Origin: Leucoraja erinacea
Lineage: Eukaryota
Assembly: GCF_028641065.1 (NCBI RefSeq)
Contig: NC_073384.1
Span: forward strand, 16,864,001 to 16,928,000
DNA: 64,000 nt
Direction of reading: 5' to 3'
The notes below the pieces were generated by a model. The model did not search any database, had not been told where the DNA came from, and saw only the letters and a list, made by a program, of their open reading frames with translations. Shown piece after piece: positions 26,485 to 38,400 of the stretch (position 1 is its first letter; every line of letters begins with the position of its first letter). Both the position numbers and the translations under genes were made by a program.

Positions 26485-29400
26485 GGAAGAAAGGGGGATG
26501 TGAGCAGCGGCCTCTGCAGCCCGTCTGCATTTTTATTATTTTTTGTCTATGCTTTTATGTAGTTTTTGTTATTTTTTGTTGGGGTGTGTGTGTGGGGGGG
26601 GGGGGGGGGGGGGGAGGGAGGGGGGGTAACTTTTAATCTCTCCCTGCACAGAAGACCCGACCTTTTCTATGTCGGGCCTCCGTTGTAGTTGGGGCTGCAA
26701 CGAGGAGCGGCCTCCAACAGGAAGACCGGGGGCTCTGGTGCCGACGACTCATCTCACCGTCGCGGAGCTGGCCGAGTCCGGAGCGGGTGGAGTGGTGGTG
26801 GAGCGCTGCTGCGGGCCGACCTCCGGAGATTCGGAGGCTGCTACTGCGGGTCTGGCGGACGGCGGCACCGGGAGCCCGCGGGTCCCTGGAGGGACACCGC
26901 TTTTCAGGGCTCTCGCAACGGCGACTTCTCCCGCCCGAGTTGCGGGGTCGAAGAGCTCCTGGAGCGGGGCCTCACAGCACCGCCCCGCGCGGCTTGGAAT
27001 GGCCGCGGGACTCTGCGAGCGCACGCCGGGGGCTCCAACACCAAGACCCGGTGTGCGACCTTGCATCACCCGGCGTGGCTTTAATGGCCGCGGGACAATC
27101 GCCATCGCCAGCCGGGGGCTTTGACTTTGACTCTGACATCGGGGGGGGGGGGGAAGAGTGTAGTGGAGAGATAAGTTTTTTTGGCCTTCCATCACAGCGA
27201 TGTGATGGATGTTTATGTAAATTATGTTGTGTCTTGGGTCTATTTGTTTGTAATGTATGGCTGCAGAAATGTCATTTCGTTTGGACCTCAAGGGGTCCAA
27301 ATGACAAATAAATTGAATCTTGATCTTGAGGGAGAAAGGGAGCAGAAAGTGCTTAGTTAGATCATAAAACAGTATAGTCAGGAAGTATAGAACCGGCCCT
27401 TTACAAAATTAAACTAACCTTCTCTACCTACATGTGAAAAATATCCCTCAATATACTACATTTGTTTGGGGTGCCAAACTAAAAGCATCTAAAGTCTCTT
27501 AAACACCACTATTATATTTGCCTCCATCATTATCCCTGGCAGCCCCAAACCCCGCTCATCCAACCTAGAATGGGACAACTAGAACTCACACTGAACTTCA
27601 AATACAGCCAAGCCAATGTTTTATAAAGATGTAGCATAACATTCTGACTTTTACACTCAATGCTGCGACCAATGAAGGAACGTTAACAGTTACTAGAAGG
27701 TGTAGTGGTGTGACAGAAAAAAGGGTGGGGGATGAGCGAGTCCAATAGGAAATTATTCAATTAATTGTTGTCCCTGGAAGGTTATAATGTTGAAAGATGG
27801 GGCCCTGTTTGGTGAGCACAAGATGGTGGGGGCTAACACAATACAAGATACAAGATACATTTACTTGTCGCATGTACCAATTGGTACAGTGAAATATATG
27901 GTCACCATACAGCCATACGAATAATAATGAGCACATAATACGATAGTCTTAACACAGACATCCCCACACAGCGGGACCAAAGTTTCCCACTGTGAGGGAA
28001 GGCTCCAAAATTCAGTCATCCTCCTCTGTTGTCCTCATGTGGTCGGGGGGCTCATGAACCCCCTGCAGTCGCCGCTATGGGCGGCCCCCTGTTCAGGGCC
28101 ACTCGCCGGGGTGATGGAAGTCCGATGTCAGGACTGGAGGACATCCTCAGCGGCTTCAACATCTGAATCGGCCACCTCCGACAGCACCCGAAGTCCACAG
28201 GCAGCGCTGGGCGGCCCTCGGCAAAGGACCCCAGGACTCCGCGATGTTGAAGTCAGTGCCAGCCGCGCTGGAAGCTCTGCAAACCACAGCTCCGATGTTG
28301 AAGCAGCAGGCCCAACACTCCGCAGCTTCAACGGCGATCCAGGTAAGCAATCGCCCGCTCCGCGATGTATCCAGCGCTGCGCTGCCGCTGCTCAAGCTCT
28401 GGTCCGGGTCCCCGGCAGGAAAGGCCGCTCCAATCCAGGTGGTAGGCAGCGAGGATGGGGGCGAGGATGCGACTCGGAGAATAGTCGCGTCCTCGTCAGG
28501 AAGTGACTGGGAAACGGTTTCTCCCTTACCCTACCCCCCTCTCCCACATTGAAAAGCTAAAGAAATCTCCAAAACAAACTTTCAAACTGACTAAAAATTA
28601 AAAAACGAGAGAAAAACAGACAGAATGTGGCAGAGGCTGCCAACAATGCGGCGCCCCTAGTGGCCCATTTAATAAGATAAAGTGTGACTGTAAGCTTGGA
28701 GTTAGGAGCCAGGGCAGAAACGTGATGCTCCACAAATAGCCAACAGATGTGTATTTGTCTGTCTAATTCGTTAGAAAGCATAAATAAATACATAAAAATG
28801 AATCGGTATGGGCAAGTTGGGCCGAAGGGCCTGTTTCACGCTGTATGACTATGAAAACTACAAAATTCAATACTTTTTATTGTTTTAACATTGTAAATAT
28901 TGTAAACTGAAATAAAAATGAATGCGCAAAACTGCTATCCCACCCCTTGCATGTTCCATATCTACACTAACGGAGATTGTTTAGTATTGTGTAAACTGAA
29001 CTTACTAGTGACATTCAGCTGGGTTCCATTCCCTCTGATATCTCCCCACACTGTGCAGTAATAGACGGCAGAGTCATTGAGCATCACGTTTGTGACATTC
29101 AGGATGAAGCTGCTGTTGGAGGCGTCTTTGAACGGCTGGAACCGCTCAGTGAAGCCTGGTCTCCTTCGTACGCTGCCTCCTGCCTCGTGTGTTAAAACCC
29201 ATTCCATGTCCTGCCTGGGTAGTTCTCGGTACCAGTGGACGTCAGTGTTTCCCACTTCAGCGTTCTCCATGGAGCAATGTAACCGTGCCGTGTGACCCTC
29301 AGTGACACGCTCCAGCCTCGGGAATTGGATCAGGATCGGAGGATTTGCATCTTTAATGGGAAAATACGTCTTCTTAAAAAAAACCATGCTTAAAGAGTGC

Positions 29401-32400
29401 ACAGAATTGAACACTAAATATGTAGAATTGTTTTAGTCATTCTCTGGGATGGGAGATTGCAACCATCACGTGGTCCACCCTGTTTCGACTAATGCAATCA
29501 ACCTGACGTGCACAAACAAATAGATGTAGTGTTTTGTTAGGCTGTGCACGGTGTTCCTTTGGAAGAAGTCATTCCATGCAATATGGTCCTTCCCCATAGC
29601 GAAGAAACCAGTGGTTGCCTGCCTAAATGACTACCGCCCTGTCGCCCTGACCCCAATAATAATGAAGTGTTTTGAACGCCTGGTGAAACCCCACATTACT
29701 GCCAGCCTCCCCTCATCGTTAGACCCCTCCAGTTTGCCTATCGCCCCAACCATTCTACAGAGGATGCCATCTCTACCACGCTGCACACAGTACTCGCGCA
29801 TCTGGAAAACAAAAACACATACGCCAGAAACCTGTACATTGACGTCAGCTCAGCGTTTAACACCATCATCCCACAGAGACTTGTGGAGAAACTAACCCTG
29901 CTGGGCCTCAACACTACCCTGTGTCACTGGATCTTGGACTTTCTGACAGAGAGTCCGCAGTCAGTCAGTGTTGGCAAGAACACCTCAGGCTCGATCACGC
30001 TGAGCACCGGGTCCCCTCAAGGCTGTGTGCTCAGCCCGCTGTTGTTCACATTGCTCACACATGACTGTGCTGCCAGATTCAGGGACAATAAGATCATAAA
30101 ATTTGCGGATGACACAACAGTGGTGGGACTCATCAGCGGAGATGACGAATCAATGTACAGGGAGGAAGTAAAACAACTAGTGGACTGGTGCGGCAAAAAT
30201 AATCTAGAATTAAATGTCGACAAAACAAAGGAGATGGTTGTCGACTTCAGGAGGGCGCAGCCAAAGCATACACCCCTCAACATCAGTAGCACTACAGTGG
30301 AGAGAGTGGAGAGCATAAAGTTCCTCGGTGTGCAAATTACAGACAGTCTCATCTGGTCCAGGAACACCACTGGGACCGTCAAACGGGCCCATCAGCGACT
30401 GCACTTCCTGAGGAAACTCAAACAGGCCTCACTCCCCACCAACATCCTCAGGACTTTCTACAGGGGCACGGTGGAGTCTGTACTCACGTACTGCATAAAT
30501 ACGTGGTACTCCACCTGCAACTGCTCGGACAGGAAGGCTCTGCAGAGGGTAGTGAGGGGAGCAGAGAGGATCATTGGCGTCTCCCTACCCTCGGTACAAG
30601 AACTGTTCCAGAGCCGCTGTCTGAAAAAAGCTCAGAAAATTGCCAAAGACAAACTGCACCCCCTCCACACACACCTGGATCTCTTGCCATCAGGCAAGAG
30701 ATATCGCAGCATCAAAGCCCGGACTACAAGACTGCTAAACAGCTTCCTGCCACAGGCTGTGAGGCTGCTAAACAGTCACTCTGTACTCAGTCACCTGATT
30801 CTGCAGCTTGGCACGGACACTTTAATAACTGGCACTGGCCACTTTAATAACTGGAACTGGCCACTCAAATCAGCTGCCCCGGTTTTTTATGATTGGTTTA
30901 TTGTATTTTAACGTTGTTGTTTTACCTGCTTTTAACTATTTATACTGTTCCATCAGGGACTGGATTGTTTTTAGTGTTATTATGTGTGAAATGTTTTAAA
31001 TTTCATGTGCGATGCTCCGGTATTCCCTGGGAAACGTCTTTTCATTTTGCACTGTACAACTGTTGCTTGCAAGATGACAATAAAGGTTGATTGATTGATT
31101 GATTGATTGATTGATTAGAGTTATAGATGTGTAAAGCACAGGAATGGGCTCTTGTGATACTTAAAACCAGAACAATGTTACTGAGTTCAGTGATCCTGCA
31201 ATATTATATAACCTGTGCATGAGGCCTAACAAAGTCCTGAATGGGTTTGTGGAGAGGTTTGCTCATGCTACTCAAGAGAGTTTAAACTATTGAGGGAAAA
31301 CAAAAGTGATGGAGAAACTCCATAGATGCTGCCTCACCCACAGAGTTTCTCCAGCATTTTTGTCTACCTTCGATTTTCCAGCATCTGCAGTTCCTTCTTA
31401 AACTAGTGAGACATGGGGTTGGGACCCTGAATGACAGCGGACTCATATGTAGAAAATGTAACAGGCAAGTCCAGTGAAAGCATTGGCAGAGATGGGAGGG
31501 GGAGCATGAGAGGACCGGTAGGTTTAACTGCATTTACTTTAAAGCAAGAAGCACAGCAAGTGAGACGGATGAGTTGAGAGTGTAGATCAGCACACAAGAT
31601 TATGAGGGGAAGCATGGATGAGGGAAGATATGTAATCTATTATTAATTTATTATTAAGTAGGCATTTGGAATATATCAGGACAGGGTGGAGTCAAAAGGT
31701 TTTTTTAAAAGGAAATCATATTCCGCAACAGCTAATTTTTTGAGATTGTAGTTAGCAGCACAGATAAGGGAGAACTAGCTGATGTGCATTTGGACTTTCA
31801 GAAAGCACTGAACAAGCTACAAAGAAGGTGCAGATCAAAAAATCCTCTCATGCCTGTCTTTCCACTCGCTAGTTATTACACAGCCCTAGCCCCTCTGGGT
31901 TCCTATATCTGCCACATCACCTCCACCTCCCGGTTCTAATCTACCTCACCATCTGCCCTCGGGTTCTACATTTTATTTCACACCTTCTTTTCTTATCAGA
32001 TTTCATTATTTGTAATCTTTTGTCCACCGCTTATCACCTACAGTCTTCGTTAATATCTTCCCCTTTCCCTCCTGCACATCATTTATCTGACAATCAACCC
32101 TTTCATATCTGAGTCTACCAGTCACTTGCAAGCTCTTGCCCCACCCCTACTCCCTCACCACTTTCCACCAGCTCTCTCCTACTCAGTCTGAAGAGGTCTT
32201 GACCCGAAACTGTCTGTCCATTTACCATCCCAGATGTTGGCTGACCTGCTGAGTTACTCTGGAACTAATATCTACATTGGAGATCCTTGGACTATCTTTG
32301 ATCGGACTTCACTGGCTTTATCTAGCACAAAACATTATTCACGTTATTCCCTTTATCGTGTATCTGTGGATGGCTCAATTGTTATTATGTATTGTCTTTC

Positions 32401-35400
32401 CACTGACTGGTTGGCCCGTGAAAGACTTTTACTGTACCTTGTTACACGTGACAATAAACTAAACTTAAACTCAAAAACTCAAGCTTGGCTTTTTCCCAAG
32501 CATTTCATAATATTTCATCACCCATGTACTTATACATATTTTGCATTTCATGGGCTAACCTATTCCTTTTAATAACTCAAGTTATCCTCTTTCTCTCCTT
32601 ATTCAGATTTGTTTCAGGAGAGATATGGGCCAAATGCAAGCAGGTGGGACTAGTGTAGCTGGGACATGTGGGCAGGTTGGGCAAGTTGGGCAGAAGAGCA
32701 TGTTTCCACACTTTATGACTATTTGACTTTATGCTATTAGTTGGTAATATCTTCCATCTTTGACAACTCAAACCCAAAGGGTTCTTCATCCACAAACCAT
32801 TTGCGGAGACTATTTACACTTTTGATTTTAGTTCCCTTGTACTCGTCCTTTCACACACTTATCTATTTCTTAGCTGTTGCACTCTACACGCCAAGGATAA
32901 CTTCCCCACTCTCTGTTTTACTGGGAGTGGTCACAGAGTTCCCATGTGTCGGTGAGTCATTGCGTGAAGGTTGAAGTGTGAGCTGCTGTTATCGTCAGTG
33001 TAGGCAAACAATGACTTACCAGTTACATTGAGCTGGGATCCTGCTCCATAGATGTAACTCCACACACTGCAGTTGTAGACAGCAGTGTCATTGATGGAGA
33101 CATTGGCGATTGTCAGAATGTAACTGTTGCTCATGGCATTCCTGAAAGACTTAAAGCGGTCAGAGATACAGCCAGACCTGGTGACTTTGCCATCCACAAA
33201 GTGGCTCATTATCCACTCGCTGTTTTTCCCAGGTCGCTGCTGGTTCCAGTGGACGTCAGTGTCATTCACACCAGCTTTGTGCAAGACACATTGCAACTGC
33301 ACGGTTACACCCTCTGCCACCTTGCTGACTGGCGGAGACTGGATAAGGACCGGATCATCCAGGAGATCTGTGTGAATATACATGGAGCTCAATGGAAGGC
33401 ATCATATTTCTCCAGCATTTGGTGTGTAACAGTTTCTAAAATATGGATACCATCACATACTTCCCAGGCTCAGGATAATTGAAGAGTAAGATTATCGAGG
33501 ATGTCAGATTTATCCATGTTCTCCGGACTTGCTGGCTGACCTTTTGTTACTCCAACAGCTTTTACCTTTTGTTCTTTATATATTATTTGCTTTCCAAACT
33601 GCTCATTCTATCCACATGTTGACTTTAAGTTATTTTGTGTATGAGAACACCCAGATTCTTCTCACAACATTCAAAACAACTTTGCATGTCCATTTTTCCT
33701 GCAGAAATGAATGACTATATTTTTCCAAGTTATAGACCATCTGGCTTGTCTTGCTCTTTATACTTGTCTGTGCCCCTTGCAGCCTCCTCACGTGTTACAT
33801 CGCCTACCAACTAAGCTGGATATGTTATACTTGGTTTCTTCATCCTCGATTGTGAACAGTGAGGGTCCCAGCAACAAAACCTGCACCACCTCTCACTAGT
33901 CACAGCTTCTCAGCTTGAATACCTGCTGTTCATTCCAGGAGATTTAACCAAGAGATTCTTCCATCTATGTGTCTGCTTGTGATGAATAATGGTTGATCTC
34001 GTCTGCAGCTACTTTCTCCATATGGCTCATTGACAAACCCAACCCTACTTTGCTAGTCACAAACATCTAACAACGTGAGCTTTAAAAGATTTCTCACCCA
34101 TGATGTCCATTTTATACATCCACGTTGACTCTGTTCTTACACCGACCCTATTCTTCTGCCTTTGTGTTGGATTCTGATCTTTCCTTTACCGCTGATGGTG
34201 CAATGAGTTATCTACTTCACTGGAACATGGAAATTATATTGAGGGGGAATTTCAACTGTGCTTCACACTATTTAACATGGATAGATACACGGCTAGGGGC
34301 GCCGCATTGATGGCAGCCTTTGCCTACAGTCTGTCTGTTTTTCTATCTTTTTTTAATTTTTAGTCTGTTTTAAAAGTGTGGTTTGGAGGTTTCTTTAGTT
34401 TTTCTATGTGGGGGATGGGGGTAGAGTAAGGGGGAAACCGTTTCCCAGTCACTTCCTGGCGAGGATGTGATTATTCTCCGAGTCGCCACCTCGCACCCCT
34501 CCCCGCGGCCTACCAACTGGATTGGCGCGGCCTTTCCTGCCGGGGACCGGCCAAAGCTTCAGCGGCGGTGGCGCAGCACTGGATTGATCGCGGAGCGGAC
34601 AATGCCTTCCTGGATCGCCGATTGAAGCTCCAGAGTACTGGGCCTGCTGCTTCAACATCGTGAAGCTGGGGTTTGTAGAGCTCCCAACGTGGGCGGCGCT
34701 GACCAACATCGCGGAGTCCTGGGACCTTTTGCCGAGGGCCGCCAGCGTGAATCTCCGCCCAGAGCGGACTGTGGACTTTGGGAGCCACGGAATCCAGTAG
34801 GAAGTGGCCGATTCGGATGTCCAAGCCGTTGAAGTGGTTCTCCCGTTCCGACGTCGGAGTTCCATCCTCCCGGCGAGAGGGCCTGAACATCGGGCCGCCT
34901 GTAGCGGTGATTACGAGGGGTCCAGGAGCCCCCCGACCACGGGTGAACAACAGAGGAGGATGACTGAATTTTGGAGCCTTTGATTCCGCTGTACGGGGAT
35001 GTCTGTGTTAAAGTCTATCGTGTTCTGAGCTCTTTATTATTCGTATGGCTGTATGGTGACCACACATTTCACTGAAACAATTGGAACATGTGACAAGTAA
35101 ATGTATCTTGTATCTTGGATTAGAGGGCCCGCATCAACACAATGCAGATGAGCAAAGACTCAGATCCAAACAACAATGAACTGTCAGCCTGAGGCCGGGC
35201 ATAAACACAGGTGATCAACGTGTAACCTGTTTCTTCACAGTCAGTCCCAGACCCCTGGCCTTAGATCCAGTGACTACGTTGTTGTTGTCGCCTCTGCACT
35301 GTGAGTGGTTCAAGTATCAGTGATTCCTGATTGAAAACAAGCCCGAAGGTTTCGGCAGTCGGCGGGACTGGGAACCCGTCAAAAGGCTCATCGGTCGGCA

Positions 35401-38400
35401 TGACCGGGAAAGAGCTGGAGACGTCAGACACAAGGAGCAAGGGCCGGTGCGAGGGAAATGCCTCCAGCGCCTCCTGGTAGGCTGCTGGAGGCACCCCCGG
35501 GACACAAAGATGGCCAGGAGAGGGGAGGGATGTTGGTTTGTGGGAACTACTCCAGTACATCGAGCTGTGGGCTGACCGGACGTTGCTCTTTGAATAATCA
35601 AGGCGCAAAACATGGCGGTGCCAGCATGCGTAATATATGCAAAAATAATTTCACTGTACAGTTGCACATGTGACAAATAAAGAACTATTGAACCATTGGA
35701 ATATGGAGGCAGCATTGGTTAATCTAAAGCCATGACAAGTTGTCGTTCTGCTCTCCTGTATCTGAACTCAAACAGCTGTGAGCAGTGCCCTGCTATTACA
35801 CTGAGCACTGAACAATGTTGCTAGTTTTCTCTACAATGAAGAACACACTGCACATTTAAATTTATTTCCCACAACCCAGATCAGACATCAGTTACCATAT
35901 CAGTGCTCACACCATTAGTGAGGGGCCACAATATATTGGTTTCCAGAATCAGGGCTCCAGTACGATCTCCTTACTCTTTCAGTGCTCCCGGTACATGTGC
36001 CACCTCAAGGGAAGTGAATTACACCCAATATAGTTAAACATAGGTTAATGAAACCAAATATAATTTGTACTCACTGGTTACTTTGAGCTGGGTTCCATTC
36101 CCTCTGATATCTCCCCACACTGTGCAGTAATAGACGGCAGAGTCATTGAGCGTCACGTTTGTGACATTCAGGATGAAGCTGCTGTTGGAGGCGTCTTTGA
36201 ACGGCTGGAACCGCTCAGTGAAGCCTGGTCTCCTTCGTACGCTGCCTCCTGCCTCGTGTGTTAAAACCCACTCCATGTCCAGCCCGGGTAGTTCTCGGTA
36301 CCAGTGGACATCAGTGTTTCCCACTTCAGCGTTCTCCATGGAGCACCGTAACCGTGCCGTGTGACCCTCAGTGACACGCTCCAGCCTCGGGAATTGGATC
36401 AGGATCGGAGGATTTGCAACTTGAAAGGGAAAAAATCAACAGATGAACAATAATGTTGGAGTTGCTAAATACTTTATGTGTTTCAACTTAAAATACATTC
36501 ATCCTTTGTCATTAGATAACCTCATGTAAAAGTGATGCTAACTTGGTTCATGATTGCAGCTGTTTGCAACTTTCTCCCTGTTCACGATTATCTTTCACTC
36601 TCTCTTTCTCTTTCTCTCTCTCTCCCTCCAATGTTGGGAGATGTTGCCTCACAATGGGGATTTCATTTTTCATTTAGCTTTGTTTAAACATTTATTTAGT
36701 CCTTTGTTGCTACACAGAGTAAGCAGATCTCTGTATATTGGAGGAATAAGAGGGTATGGAAATAGTACAGATAGATCATTGAGGTGGTAATGTTAGTTCA
36801 CTTTAGTGTAGAGATGCAGCATGGAAACAGGTCCTTCACTGAGCCCACGCTGACCATTGAGTTATTGATCTCAGTGTGGCAGATGGTGCAACTAATAGTG
36901 ACTGTGCATAAACTGTGAATGGCTCGATTGTAATCATGTATTGTCTTTCCGCTGACTGGTTAGCAGACAACAAAAGCTTTTCACTGTACCTCGGTAGACG
37001 TGATAATAAAGTAAACTCAAGCAAAGTGATTATAAATGAAGAAACTAGCCTACCTATACTGTAATTTCTTTACATTCACCTGTTCACACTATGTGTACCT
37101 CTCTGGCAATGCCGAATTACATTCTCCATCCTGATCTCAGAACGCAGTAACGAGTGATCTGCATTATTCAGTTAAAAAATAAATTTGGCCTATTTTCATT
37201 CTCTATTTTGCAGTGTGAACTTCTAATGATGTTTGTCTCTGTAAAACTGACAACATGACATCATGATTCCTCATGATGTTAGGATTGGAAATAGAACCAA
37301 TTTAAATACTCACTGGTTACATTCAGCTTGGTTCCATCTCCAAATAAATGCCCCCAAAGGCCACAGATGTAATCAGCAGAGTCGGCAATCTTCACCTCTC
37401 TGATGGTCAGTGAGTAGCTGTTACTGGTGACGTTCCTGGAAAGCTGAAATCGCTCGGAGAAGCCCAGTGACCTGTAAGTGATGCCATTGTCATAAAGACT
37501 AAGTTTGATTTTTCCATTACGTGAGTTGTACCAGTGAACGTGGAATTTGTTCACAATGTTATTCACATTGGTGCTGTTCAGGACACACCGTATCTCCACT
37601 GTTTCACCTTCACGCACCACCAGAGCTCCTGGGGATTGGATCAGGGATGTGTTTGCTGTTAGACCTGTGGGTAATAACAACCAAAGATCAGAACAGATGA
37701 TGACCACAAAAATAATTTGAAACAAAAGGCAGCATGAAAGCTCTTGGATATTCATGAATATTCTCCACATGTATCCTCAATTTGTAAACTCTTTTGTTTT
37801 CTCCTGAGCTTCGCTCTTTCACTCTGCACTGAAATGACAAACAATACCTTTGGTAAAAGCAACAGCTAAAAAGTACAAACACTGAATATCAAAGGTTAAA
37901 TCCTGCTCCATGTAAATGCTTGTTGACTGTACAAAGTGTGTTAAACTGAGCAGTAAATGAGGAAGAAAGCTGGCAGTTCTAGTAACATTCATTGAATATA
38001 TGTAAGATTCTGTTGCAGAGTCAGATAAAGAAGACTAAGGATATTCAGCATGCTTCCAACAACTCTTACAAATGTCTACACATGGAACGCATAAAGCATC
38101 CTATTGATTACATCACAGCCTAGTTTGTCAATTACTCTACCCTACACTCCACGCTGCCTCGGGAAAGCAACCAACATCGTGAAAGACCATTCACTCCCCT
38201 GTTATTCCTACTTGTCCCCTCTCCCATCGGGCAGAAGATACAAAACTTCACAGCATCTGGCAGCAGTTTTACGATACAATACGATAACATTTTATTCATC
38301 CCCGGAGGGAAATTGTTCTGCCAACAGTCACAACACACAAGGTACACGAATACTTGAAATTAAAAGTGAATAAAAAAGCCAAGCAACTGTTGGCTGGCTG

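Noticed and set aside
26669-27311. Long GC-rich ORFs on both strands (also 28039-28552, 34449-34950, 60264-61404)
   Set aside because: They lie in GC-rich interspersed repeats, have no recognisable domains or splice context, and are expected from low stop-codon frequency.
29049-29055. Perfect RSS heptamer CACAGTG on the coding strand right at the YYC codons of V4 (and V2, 36118-36124)
   Set aside because: No nonamer at 12- or 23-bp spacing, absent from V1/V3, and explained by Cys-Thr-Val codons; no evidence of V(D)J rearrangement.
28962-37770. Interpretation as a rearranging Ig light chain/TCR locus or a cluster of separate V genes
   Set aside because: Each V already contains J, has a phase-1 splice donor, has no nearby leader or RSS, and no C1 exon was found; one spliced receptor fits better.
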